DNA from: Candidatus Saccharimonadia bacterium
Lineage (GTDB): Bacteria > Patescibacteriota > Saccharimonadia > Saccharimonadales > JALRHH01
NCBI GenBank assembly: GCA_023253175.1
Contig: JALRHH010000001.1
Span: 172,020-236,019 of the forward strand
DNA: 64,000 nt
Direction: 5' to 3'
The notes beneath the pieces are model-generated. The model was not told the origin of the DNA. It searched no databases and saw only the letters and a list, made by a program, of their open reading frames with translations. This document shows positions 30,545 through 38,606 of the stretch, piece by piece. The number at the start of each line of letters is the position of its first letter. Position 1 is the stretch's first letter. The position numbers and the translations under genes were made by a program.

Positions 30545-30673
30545 ATGGACTCAGATCTTAATGCAGAACGTGCTGGTAACGTAGTCGGAAGGTTATTGGT
30601 TTACGCAGCAATCATTGCCCTCATCGTTTACTTGGTGAGACGAGCTAAAAAAAGGAATAAGAAAGATAAGTAA
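30545..30673 (+). CDS. Candidate 42-aa tail-charged membrane micro-protein (MDSDLNAERAGNVVGRLLVYAAIIALIVYLVRRAKKRNKKDK)
   Basis: Not in the ORF track (under 60 aa). It fills the only large gap (210 nt) in the otherwise overlapping spc operon. One clear TM helix followed by a Lys/Arg tail. SD is weak. Confidence 0.4.
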   Translation: MDSDLNAERAGNVVGRLLVYAAIIALIVYLVRRAKKRNKKDK

Positions 30674-30682
30674 GGAAATAAT

Positions 30683-31222
30683 ATGAGTCGTATAGGAAAA
30701 CTACCGATCGCTGTCCCAGCAGGTGTGACAATCACTATCGACCCTGACACCATCACGGTTACAGGTTCGAAGGGAACATTGTCTCAGTTCACCATGCCAG
30801 GTGTAACTGTAGCCCAAGAAGGTGATCAGATCGTCGTCACTCGTGAGAATGACGAACCAAAGAATCGCGCTAAGCATGGTCTGATGCGCGCTTTGGTCGC
30901 TAACATGGTTACTGGTGTATCTACTGGATTCACCAAGCAGCTCGAAATCAACGGTGTTGGTTTCCGTGTTGCATTAGCTGGCAACCAGCTTAAGATGAAC
31001 CTTGGCTTCTCTCACGAGGTTGTGTACACACTTCCGCAAGGGATAACCGCAAAGGTTGAAGGTAATGTTATTACCATCGAAGGTCACGATAAGCAGCAGG
31101 TCGGACAGACCGCAGCTGAAATCCGTGCACTTAAGAAGCCTGAACCATACAAGGGTAAAGGTATTAAGTACGTAGGCGAGCGCATTATCCGCAAGTCTGG
31201 TAAGTCAGGTAAGGACAAGTAA
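30683..31222 (+). CDS. rplF: 50S ribosomal protein L6
   Basis: MSRIGK.PI..P.GV....D.....V.G.KG; 179 aa. Confidence 0.96.
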   Translation: MSRIGKLPIAVPAGVTITIDPDTITVTGSKGTLSQFTMPGVTVAQEGDQIVVTRENDEPKNRAKHGLMRALVANMVTGVSTGFTKQLEINGVGFRVALAGNQLKMNLGFSHEVVYTLPQGITAKVEGNVITIEGHDKQQVGQTAAEIRALKKPEPYKGKGIKYVGERIIRKSGKSGKDK

Positions 31223-31224
31223 TC

Positions 31225-31581
31225 ATGAGTAATGTTTCAACTAAGGCTAAGAACCTGATTCGCCGTAAGTACCGCATTCGTAACTCGATTTCTGGTACTA
31301 CAGAGCGTCCACGTCTCAGTGTGTTCGTGAGTAACAAGCACATTGCTGCTCAGCTCATCGATGACACAAAGCACCACACTATCGCAGCTGTTACAACTGT
31401 TGGTCAAAAGGCCGCTACAGGCACAATGACCGAAAAGGCTGCATGGGTTGGTTCTGAAATAGCAAAGCAGGCTAAGACAGCTAAAGTTAAGGCCGTTGTA
31501 TTCGACCGTAACGGTAAGTTGTATCACGGCCGTGTTAAGGCGCTAGCAGATGCTGCTCGCGCAGGAGGCTTGGAGTTCTAA
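31225..31581 (+). CDS. rplR: 50S ribosomal protein L18
   Basis: R.R.R....[21 protein letters not shown]; [15 protein letters not shown]. Confidence 0.95.
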   Translation: MSNVSTKAKNLIRRKYRIRNSISGTTERPRLSVFVSNKHIAAQLIDDTKHHTIAAVTTVGQKAATGTMTEKAAWVGSEIAKQAKTAKVKAVVFDRNGKLYHGRVKALADAARAGGLEF

Positions 31582-31582
31582 T

Positions 31583-32206
31583 ATGGCAGAATTTGGAAAT
31601 AACTCACACGGGCCAGCTGGTCAGGGACCACAGGGTCCTCGCGGTCCTCAAGGTGGACGTGGTCCTCGCGGCCCACGTAACGACCGTGGTCCACGTGTCG
31701 AAGAAGAAAAGCAATTTGACGAGCGCGTTATTAACATCGACCGTGTTGCGCGTGTTGTAAAGGGCGGACGCCGTTTCCGCTTCCGTGCACTTGTTGTCGT
31801 TGGTGACAAAAAGGGCAAGGTTGGTATCGGTATCTCAAAGGGTGCTGACGTGACAACTGCAGTCGCTAAGGCCGTAGAAGTCGCAAAGAAGAACTTCATT
31901 AGCGTAAAGCTTTATAAGGGCACATTGCCTCACGAAGCTGAAGCTAAAGTTGGTGGCGCCAAGATCCTGATCAAGCCAGCTGCTGCTGGTACTGGTCTAA
32001 TCGCTGGTGGTACAGTCCGTACTGTTCTTGAAGTTGCTGGTGTATCTAACGTACTTTCAAAGTCACTCGGATCAAGCAACAAGATCAATACTGCATATGC
32101 AACAATTGCTGCACTTGAATCACTTGTACCTGCTAAGCAGTGGGTTACCGTCAAGGAATCAAAGAAGCCAGCTGCAAAGAAGGCTGAAAAGGTGGAGGCT
32201 AAATAA
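31583..32206 (+). CDS. rpsE: 30S ribosomal protein S5 with a Gly/Pro/Arg-rich N-terminal extension
   Basis: Start set to ATG 31583, 1 nt after the rplR stop. ERVI.I.RVA.VVKGGRRF.F.ALVVVGD..G.VG.G. Confidence 0.95.
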   Translation: MAEFGNNSHGPAGQGPQGPRGPQGGRGPRGPRNDRGPRVEEEKQFDERVINIDRVARVVKGGRRFRFRALVVVGDKKGKVGIGISKGADVTTAVAKAVEVAKKNFISVKLYKGTLPHEAEAKVGGAKILIKPAAAGTGLIAGGTVRTVLEVAGVSNVLSKSLGSSNKINTAYATIAALESLVPAKQWVTVKESKKPAAKKAEKVEAK

Positions 32207-32709
32207 TGAAGTACCACGAATTACAAACAATTTCTAAGGGTTCACCAAAGCGCGTTGGTCGCGGTATCTCAGCCGGTCAGGGTAAGACTGCTGGTCGTGG
32301 TACCAAAGGTCAGCGTTCACGAACTGGTTCATCAAAGAAGCCAGGCTTTAGTGGTGGTCAGCTGCCACTTATGCAGCGCCTTCCAAAGCTTCCTGGTTTC
32401 CGTAGCATTCGCGTTCCTGCTGAAAACGTTTACACGGGTCAGCTCGACGCTATCAAGGGTATCGTAGATAACTTTACGGTATTCGATGCTGGTCTTACGT
32501 CAAGCCCATACGTTCGCGTAAAGCTTGTGGTTAAAGGTGATGTAACCAAGAAAGCTGAAATCAAGCTCCAACATGCATCTGAGGCTGCAATTGCTGCAGT
32601 TCAGAAGGCAGGCGGTTCTTTCGAGGCTGTTCCTCAGGTTAAGCGCCAAAAGCTTGAAAAGAACGAGAACAAGAATACTCAGAAGTCAGCAAAAGCTGCC
32701 AAGAAGTAA
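32206..32709 (+). CDS. rplO: 50S ribosomal protein L15
   Basis: Overlaps the rpsE stop, with no rpmD in between. KRVGRGI.AG.GKTAGRG.KGQ..R.G. Confidence 0.95.
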   Translation: MKYHELQTISKGSPKRVGRGISAGQGKTAGRGTKGQRSRTGSSKKPGFSGGQLPLMQRLPKLPGFRSIRVPAENVYTGQLDAIKGIVDNFTVFDAGLTSSPYVRVKLVVKGDVTKKAEIKLQHASEAAIAAVQKAGGSFEAVPQVKRQKLEKNENKNTQKSAKAAKK

Positions 32710-32729
32710 TCAATCCTCGATTCAAATAA

Positions 32730-32758
32730 AAAACCGGTCAGAAATGGCCGGTTATTTT
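32730..32758 (+). terminator. Intrinsic terminator after rplO; copy 1 of a duplicated 23-nt hairpin
   Basis: AAAACCGGTCAGAAATGGCCGGT (32730-52), stem ACCGGTC/GGCCGGT, followed by TATTTTA. Confidence 0.7.
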
Positions 32759-32768
32759 AATGCATATA

Positions 32769-32797
32769 TTGATAAATACCGACAAAAATGTTCTAAT
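32769..32797 (+). promoter_or_regulatory. Candidate promoter of the 527-aa ORF (leaderless geometry)
   Basis: TTGATA (32769-74), 17 nt spacer, TCTAAT (32792-97, preceded by TGt). ATG 32806 is 8 nt downstream with no SD. Confidence 0.45.
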
Positions 32798-32805
32798 AGT
32801 AAGAT

Positions 32806-34389
32806 ATGGAATTTCCTATAAAAGATGAATCATTGGCGCTTGAAATGGCGTACGCCGAAAAGCCTTACAGGGACATGGCCCGGATCGCGCTTCAGTATGG
32901 AGACCCAGCGCTCCAAAGTGAAGGTTTACGACTAGCGCGTCTAGCGGTAACAGCCAGTGACGATATGTATGATGCCGCCATGGAACTACATCGCACCAAG
33001 GCACAAAGGGCGGCAGACCAGCGTAAGATCGAAAATATTGCTTTGTATACTGAAGTGACGAGGCCACAAAGATATATCAGCGATCTACGAAAATTCAGTA
33101 TAGAAAATAGAAGCTTGATGAGTGGCGTGCGAGGTTCTTTTATTGATGAGGCAGTGTCTGTCGCGAAGACACTGGTACTGTCACGTGAGGATGATTTCAA
33201 ACATATTGAGCAACAGGCCTTAGGTGTTCAAGAAGGTCACTTTATCGGGACCGAAGGACTCTCTACCAAACTCCGTGGGATAGAGGACCGGGATAACTGG
33301 AAGCGAATTGAAAATAAAGAAGGCAGCTTACTGTTATCGTACACTCGTCATATTTTGGGCTTTCGTACTGCTGCGGCGCGTGCATCCAAGCGGTTATCAG
33401 GAAATATTCCATTCTTTGATGATCTACCGGAACGGTACAGGCAGGAGGCCTATGATGCTATAACGGATGAATGGCTAGCATACGTACAGCTGGTTATAGA
33501 TTTCAAGGCGGGATCTAAAATTTCTGGTAAAAACAGACCACTTTTGTATAACAGTCTGGGTGTACTCACAGAGGCCTTGACCGAAGAACGAGATTTCTAC
33601 GGTGCTATGAGCGACAGTGAGATCATTGATACCTTTGAGAATTCTATTGATTTTTATGATCAGTGTAACTGGATCAAGATGCAGAAGGAGCAAAAACAGC
33701 AATGCGAACTGGAACGACAAAGACTAGCTCAACTTCCAAAGCCAGAGCCTAAGACAAAAGCTCAAATGCGTTTAGACAATGAGTTACACCAAGAACTGGA
33801 AAATGAAGAGCAGCAAAATTTTGCAAACTCAACTAATATCGAAACATTCTTACCAATAACTGATTTAGATGACATTAGCGTGGTACTTAAGGCTATTGCC
33901 AGAAAGTACGCCATAGAAATGGGTGAAGAGCACGGTAAATATCTCGGCGGACTTGAGTTATTTGCTGGATTTAAAACAGTTGATTTTACTGAAGGTATAC
34001 GTCCTCGTGGCTTTCATGGTCGAGTTGAAAATACGAGGATGAGGTATCTGCCGCTTACGGATGATTTTGTCGATGCATTCATTAAGAAGAGAAAGCTTGA
34101 ACATCTTGAGGATTTCCGAATCTTAGCGCGTATCGGGGTATTTTCGGACTTACGTTCGACGGGCCGTGGAAAGATCGGTGAATCTATGCAAGAATATGTC
34201 CTTCAGGCAAGAAATGCTCGGAATCCGCAGAGTCGTAATATTCGCATAAGTAAGCTCAAGAATCTGAGTGGTGACAAACTGGTGGAGTACCTGAACCAAG
34301 AATCAGACAAAGTAGCTTTTGCAGTAGAGCGCAAAAACATGCTTAACCCCATAGGTGGAGGTCTCCCGGGTCTTGGAAAGCAGCGCTAG
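32806..34389 (+). CDS. Hypothetical protein (527 aa), orphan, inserted between rplO and secY
   Basis: Long uninterrupted ORF with a Gln/Glu-rich coiled-coil-like centre. No recognisable domain and no signal peptide. Confidence 0.55.
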   Translation: MEFPIKDESLALEMAYAEKPYRDMARIALQYGDPALQSEGLRLARLAVTASDDMYDAAMELHRTKAQRAADQRKIENIALYTEVTRPQRYISDLRKFSIENRSLMSGVRGSFIDEAVSVAKTLVLSREDDFKHIEQQALGVQEGHFIGTEGLSTKLRGIEDRDNWKRIENKEGSLLLSYTRHILGFRTAAARASKRLSGNIPFFDDLPERYRQEAYDAITDEWLAYVQLVIDFKAGSKISGKNRPLLYNSLGVLTEALTEERDFYGAMSDSEIIDTFENSIDFYDQCNWIKMQKEQKQQCELERQRLAQLPKPEPKTKAQMRLDNELHQELENEEQQNFANSTNIETFLPITDLDDISVVLKAIARKYAIEMGEEHGKYLGGLELFAGFKTVDFTEGIRPRGFHGRVENTRMRYLPLTDDFVDAFIKKRKLEHLEDFRILARIGVFSDLRSTGRGKIGESMQEYVLQARNARNPQSRNIRISKLKNLSGDKLVEYLNQESDKVAFAVERKNMLNPIGGGLPGLGKQR

Positions 34390-34413
34390 ATTTATAAATA
34401 CAAAACTTAGTGT

Positions 34414-34445
34414 AAAACCGGTCAGAAATGGCCGGTCTATTTATT
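34414..34445. terminator. Copy 2 of the 23-nt hairpin; bidirectional terminator between convergent genes
   Basis: AAAACCGGTCAGAAATGGCCGGT (34414-36) is identical to 32730-52. It abuts the stop of the minus-strand gene. Confidence 0.65.
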
Positions 34446-35042
34446 AATACGAAAACTTTTTACAAGATTGCTAAAGTCGTTTGTGTATTTCCTATTATCA
34501 TAAGGTTTTATGAGACCGTCATAGGAGACATTACTATATTCGCTAAAAGATATCACGAAAAGCGTATTGCCGTCCTTTACTGCGTATGATCTGTCTGTTG
34601 TTGATTCACTTTTTTCCGGATACCGTGTTGTCTTGATGATGTAAAAGCCCTCTCTGTCGGCTATTGTTACTTCGCCTTGTTCGTTTATCGTTGTATTGGG
34701 TGTATTCTCAAGAGTTGTCATAGCATCTTTTGCGGTCCGGTTTGAACTACGCATAGCGATGCCAATTAGGTGAGCACCAGCTTCATCTACAAAACTTACG
34801 CCCTGTAGTAGGTCGGGGCTCTTTGGATAGTCAAACTTCGTTGACCAGGTCGATGGGTAGTCAACACTGAAGTCCCCGCCATTACTGGTATAGGTCTTCA
34901 GATCTAGTTTGCTTTCTATATTATTTGATTTTGGGGGTGCTTCATTTGAGTGACTATATACAAATAACTTACTCCACATGCAGCCGTAACTACGAGAACG
35001 ATAATTGTGTAGAGGATCTTCTTCATGACTTGAATATATCAT
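34437..35042 (-). pseudogene. Secreted/lipoprotein-like protein, apparently frameshifted near its 5' end (or a homopolymer sequencing error)
   Basis: The body ORF (201 aa) lacks a signal peptide. ATG 35026 in another frame encodes MKKILYTIIVLVVTAACGVSYLYIV..., which stops at TAG just after a C5 run (plus-strand G5 at 34933-37). One extra C would fuse the two frames. Confidence 0.5.
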
Positions 35043-35147
35043 AGGTAACTTTTACAGCAGGGCTGTAATTTTCGTATCAGTACGCTAGATGTGGTGTATA
35101 CTGGATGAGAATATAGTAGAAACTAAAGAGGGAAATTCCGTAATTCT

Positions 35148-36653
35148 ATGAACTGGCGTCTGATTTTGAAGTCACTAAAAAGTAGCGACATGCGCAACCG
35201 AATCTTGGCTGTGCTTGGAATGCTGCTCATATTCCGTGTGTTGGCTCACGTGCCGGTGCCACTCAGTAACCCAGAAACACTGAAGCAAGTCCTAACAAAC
35301 CTTTTTAACTCTGATACCTCTCAGTTGCTCAATTTTGTAAATATCCTATCTGGTGGGGCACTTGAAAACTTCTCTATCGTGCTCGTTGGGCTTGGGCCAT
35401 ACATTAATGCATCTATTATTATGCAGCTACTCACCAAGGCTATTCCTAAACTAGAGACCATGAACAAGGAAGGTGAGTTTGGCCGAAAGAAGATCAATCA
35501 GTATACCCGTATGCTGACATTCCCGCTCGCTATCGTGCAGTCGATCGGTATGATTTACCTTGTTCGCCAGCAAGCATCACAGGTCGCTGGTATCGGTGAT
35601 ATTACGGCCAATACCTCACTTATGCAGTGGGTGCTTATGATTGCGGCACTAACTGGTGGTGCAATGCTCCTTATGTGGATGGGTGAAATCATCACTGAAA
35701 AGGGCGTCGGTAATGGTATTTCACTGCTGATTACCGTAGGTATTGTCAGTGGTCTTCCGGGTATGATTTCAAACATCGTAACTGGTGTCTTTGATGATGC
35801 CAGCAAGATGAAAGTATTTGGCTGGGAATTGCCAATCAACCAACAGCAATTTATTTTTGCAATGATATTACTGGTCGTAACCTTAGTTGTGACGGTTCTG
35901 GTCGTACGGCTTAACGAAGCGCGTCGCCGCGTAACCATCAACTACGCGAAGCGTGTGCAGGGCAACCGCGCATATGGCGGCGTCACTACAGAATTACCAG
36001 TGAAGCTTATTACGGCTGGTGTGGTTCCAATTATCTTCGCCGTAGCTTTCCTGAGTGTACCGAGCTTTGTTGGCCAGCTACTTGCAAGTAACAGCAGCGA
36101 ACGACTCCGTGAAATTGGTGCGAACCTCACACTGTGGTTCCAGACGCCAACTTCTCAGACATTCCAGACTGGCGGCTGGGAACCTTACATCTACCCGGTA
36201 ATCTACTTCCTACTCGTGTTTATGTTTACCTTCTTCTATACGGGAATTACCTTTAACTCTCGTGATATTGCCGAGAACCTCCAGAAGCAAGGCGGCTTTA
36301 TCGAGGGCGTACGTGGCGGCAGCGCAACGGAACGATATCTTGGTAAGCTTGTGACTCGTCTGACATTCTTTGGTGCACTGGCACTTTCACTACTGGCGAT
36401 CATGCCGATCCTTGGCCAGATATTCCTTAGCACCGATATTGCGATTGGTGGAACCAGTATCTTGATCTTGGTAGCCGTATCACTTGAAACACTGCGTGCA
36501 ATTGAATCACGTGCACTTATGGTTACGTACGACCAGTACGACCAGCCTGATTACTTCTATGAAACTGACGTGCCCGGCACCGGCAGTAGCCGTCTCGCAT
36601 TCGCAAAGAAGTCATTTGCAAAATTAAAGAAATCTAAGAAGAAAGACAGTTAA
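35148..36653 (+). CDS. secY: Preprotein translocase subunit SecY
   Basis: 501 aa. [13 protein letters not shown]...P.P, GPYI.ASII.QLL, 10-TM pattern. C-terminal extension of about 60 aa. Confidence 0.96.
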   Translation: MNWRLILKSLKSSDMRNRILAVLGMLLIFRVLAHVPVPLSNPETLKQVLTNLFNSDTSQLLNFVNILSGGALENFSIVLVGLGPYINASIIMQLLTKAIPKLETMNKEGEFGRKKINQYTRMLTFPLAIVQSIGMIYLVRQQASQVAGIGDITANTSLMQWVLMIAALTGGAMLLMWMGEIITEKGVGNGISLLITVGIVSGLPGMISNIVTGVFDDASKMKVFGWELPINQQQFIFAMILLVVTLVVTVLVVRLNEARRRVTINYAKRVQGNRAYGGVTTELPVKLITAGVVPIIFAVAFLSVPSFVGQLLASNSSERLREIGANLTLWFQTPTSQTFQTGGWEPYIYPVIYFLLVFMFTFFYTGITFNSRDIAENLQKQGGFIEGVRGGSATERYLGKLVTRLTFFGALALSLLAIMPILGQIFLSTDIAIGGTSILILVAVSLETLRAIESRALMVTYDQYDQPDYFYETDVPGTGSSRLAFAKKSFAKLKKSKKKDS

Positions 36654-36660
36654 ATTACTC

Positions 36661-36690
36661 TTTACAATTTGTTGTAATTAGTAGTATAAT
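36661..36690 (+). promoter_or_regulatory. Candidate promoter of infA
   Basis: TTTACA (36661-66), 18 nt spacer, TATAAT (36685-90). Confidence 0.55.
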
Positions 36691-36709
36691 TGACGGAAGT
36701 TATACATTT

Positions 36710-36931
36710 ATGGCCAAAAATAAGGAAGTTATCGAGTTACAGGGAGTTGTTGTGGAGGCATTGCCTGGCACACAGTTCAAGGTTGAGCTCGAAAATGGCC
36801 ACAAGATTATAGCTCATGTTGCTGGGAAGATGCGCAAGCATTACATTCGTCTTGTTCCCGGTGACGGCGTGACGGTCGAGTTGACCCCTTACGATCTTAC
36901 TAAGGGAAGAATCACCTATCGCAAATCGTAG
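36710..36931 (+). CDS. infA: Translation initiation factor IF-1
   Basis: 73 aa. E..G.V.EALP...F.VELENGH...AH..GKMR...IR..PGD.V.VE..PYDL.KGRI.YR. Confidence 0.96.
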   Translation: MAKNKEVIELQGVVVEALPGTQFKVELENGHKIIAHVAGKMRKHYIRLVPGDGVTVELTPYDLTKGRITYRKS

Positions 36932-36936
36932 GGTTT

Positions 36937-36983
36937 TCACAGAAGGGTATGGACGGGCTTCCTCCGGCCGCGCCATTCTGTGA
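36937..36983 (+). promoter_or_regulatory. Extended imperfect hairpin between infA and rpmJ (no U-tract)
   Basis: Outer stem TCACAGAA (36937-44) / TTCTGTGA (36976-83). Inner pairs ATGG/CCAT plus a GC-rich segment. Confidence 0.35.
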
Positions 36984-37051
36984 CGACCCTACACCAATAT
37001 TAAATCTTAAGCAGTGCGTCATTGCCCAACAAGAAAGGAACAATGATCCGT

Positions 37052-37168
37052 ATGAAAGTACGTGCAAGTGTCAAAAAGATCAGCCCTGACGATAAGTTAG
37101 TTCGTCGTAAGGGCCGTTTGTACGTTATTAACAAGCTTAAGCCTAAGCACAAGCAGAGGCAGGGATAG
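37052..37168 (+). CDS. rpmJ: 50S ribosomal protein L36, Cys-less (C-) form, 38 aa
   Basis: Not in the ORF track. [38 protein letters not shown]. Canonical position between infA and rpsM. The Zn ligands of the C+ form are replaced. Confidence 0.9.
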   Translation: MKVRASVKKISPDDKLVRRKGRLYVINKLKPKHKQRQG

Positions 37169-37170
37169 AT

Positions 37171-37557
37171 ATGGCTCGTATATCAGGTGTAACTATTCCA
37201 GATGGCAAGCAGCTACACGTAGCGCTTACCTACGTCTACGGTATTGGACCAAAGACAGCTTCTGACATCGTTTCGGCTGCGAAGGTAGAACCAACAGTTC
37301 GTGTCAAAGACCTTACTGATGCAGAAATCTCTCGCATACAAGAAGTTATTAACGACAATTACACCGTTGAAGGTGAACTTCAGCGTGTTGTAGCAACTAA
37401 TATTAAGCGTCTAAAAGATATCAATGCTTATCGTGGTCTCCGCCACAAGCAGAACCTACCAAGCCGTGGCCAGCGTACTCGTACGAATGCGCGAACTCGT
37501 CGTGGTAAGCGATCAGCAGTTGGTGGTGCACAGCCTAAAGCGGCTTCTAAGACTTAA
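37171..37557 (+). CDS. rpsM: 30S ribosomal protein S13
   Basis: MARI.GV.IP..K.....LTY.YGIG...A; YRG.RH...LP.RGQRT.TNART. Confidence 0.96.
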   Translation: MARISGVTIPDGKQLHVALTYVYGIGPKTASDIVSAAKVEPTVRVKDLTDAEISRIQEVINDNYTVEGELQRVVATNIKRLKDINAYRGLRHKQNLPSRGQRTRTNARTRRGKRSAVGGAQPKAASKT

Positions 37558-37572
37558 GGAAAGGTATAAGAG

Positions 37573-37968
37573 ATGGCAGAATTATCTACAGCAGCTCGCA
37601 AGAAGAAGTCAAAGCGCTCTGTACCTTTTGGTCAGGTGCATATTCTTGCAACGTTTAACAACACAATCATTACCTTTACAGACAGTAAGGGTGGTGCATT
37701 AACTCAGGCTAGCGCTGGTGGTTGTGGATTCCGTGGTTCTAAAAAGGGCACGGCATATGCAGCACAGATCGCAGCTGAACGCGCAGGCCAGGCTGCTAAG
37801 CAGCTCCATGGTTTTGCAAAAGCAGACGTGTTTATCAAGGGTGTTGGACTCGGTCGTGAGGCTGCAGTTCGTGCACTATCTGGACTCGACATTGCTGTTG
37901 AATCAATCAAGGATGTAACTGGCGTGCCACACGGCGGAACTCGTCCTAAGAAAGCAAGGAGGGTCTAG
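37573..37968 (+). CDS. rpsK: 30S ribosomal protein S11
   Basis: G..HI.ATFNNTIIT.TD..G......S.G..GF.GS.K.T.YAAQ; D.T.VPHNG.RP.K.RR. Confidence 0.96.
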   Translation: MAELSTAARKKKSKRSVPFGQVHILATFNNTIITFTDSKGGALTQASAGGCGFRGSKKGTAYAAQIAAERAGQAAKQLHGFAKADVFIKGVGLGREAAVRALSGLDIAVESIKDVTGVPHGGTRPKKARRV

Positions 37969-37971
37969 TTC

Positions 37972-38589
37972 ATGGCACGTGATACTCGATCTATCGTTAA
38001 GATGAGCCGTCGTGAAGGCTATGCACTTCACCCGAAGGCTCACAAGGCTCTTGTTAAGCGCCCTACAGTTCCAGGTGAAGCTGGTACTCGTAACATGCGC
38101 AACAAGCCAAGCCAGTACAACATCCAGCTGCGTGAAAAGCAGAAGGTAAAGCGCCTTTATGGTCTGCTCGAGAAGCAGTTCAGCAACCTTATGGTTGAGG
38201 CAAGCAAGAAGCAAGGTCAATCAGGCGCAACATTGCTGCAGTTCCTAGAACAGCGTGCAGACAACGCAGTCTACCGTGCAGGTTTCGCGACATCACGCCG
38301 CGCCGCACGCCAGCTGATGAGCCATGGCCACTTCATGCTTAACGGCCGCCGCGTTGACATTCCATCAATCCGCCTTAAGGCTGGTGATGTGCTTGTGCTC
38401 CGCGCAAAGAGCCAAAACAACGAATACTTCAAGAAACTTGATGACGTAAGCCCAGCGCCAAGCGACTACCCAGGTTGGCTCAAGGTTAATCGCAAGAAGT
38501 TTGAAGTTACCGTTACTGGCGTTCCTACTCGTGAGGAAGCTGAACCAGATATTAATGAACAACTAATCGTGGAATACTACTCACGTTAA
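37972..38589 (+). CDS. rpsD: 30S ribosomal protein S4
   Basis: 205 aa. YGLLEKQF, RADN.VYR.GFA.SR..ARQL..HGH...NG.RV.IPS (S4 domain). Confidence 0.96.
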   Translation: MARDTRSIVKMSRREGYALHPKAHKALVKRPTVPGEAGTRNMRNKPSQYNIQLREKQKVKRLYGLLEKQFSNLMVEASKKQGQSGATLLQFLEQRADNAVYRAGFATSRRAARQLMSHGHFMLNGRRVDIPSIRLKAGDVLVLRAKSQNNEYFKKLDDVSPAPSDYPGWLKVNRKKFEVTVTGVPTREEAEPDINEQLIVEYYSR

Positions 38590-38606
38590 CGGAGGCAAGA
38601 AGGAAT

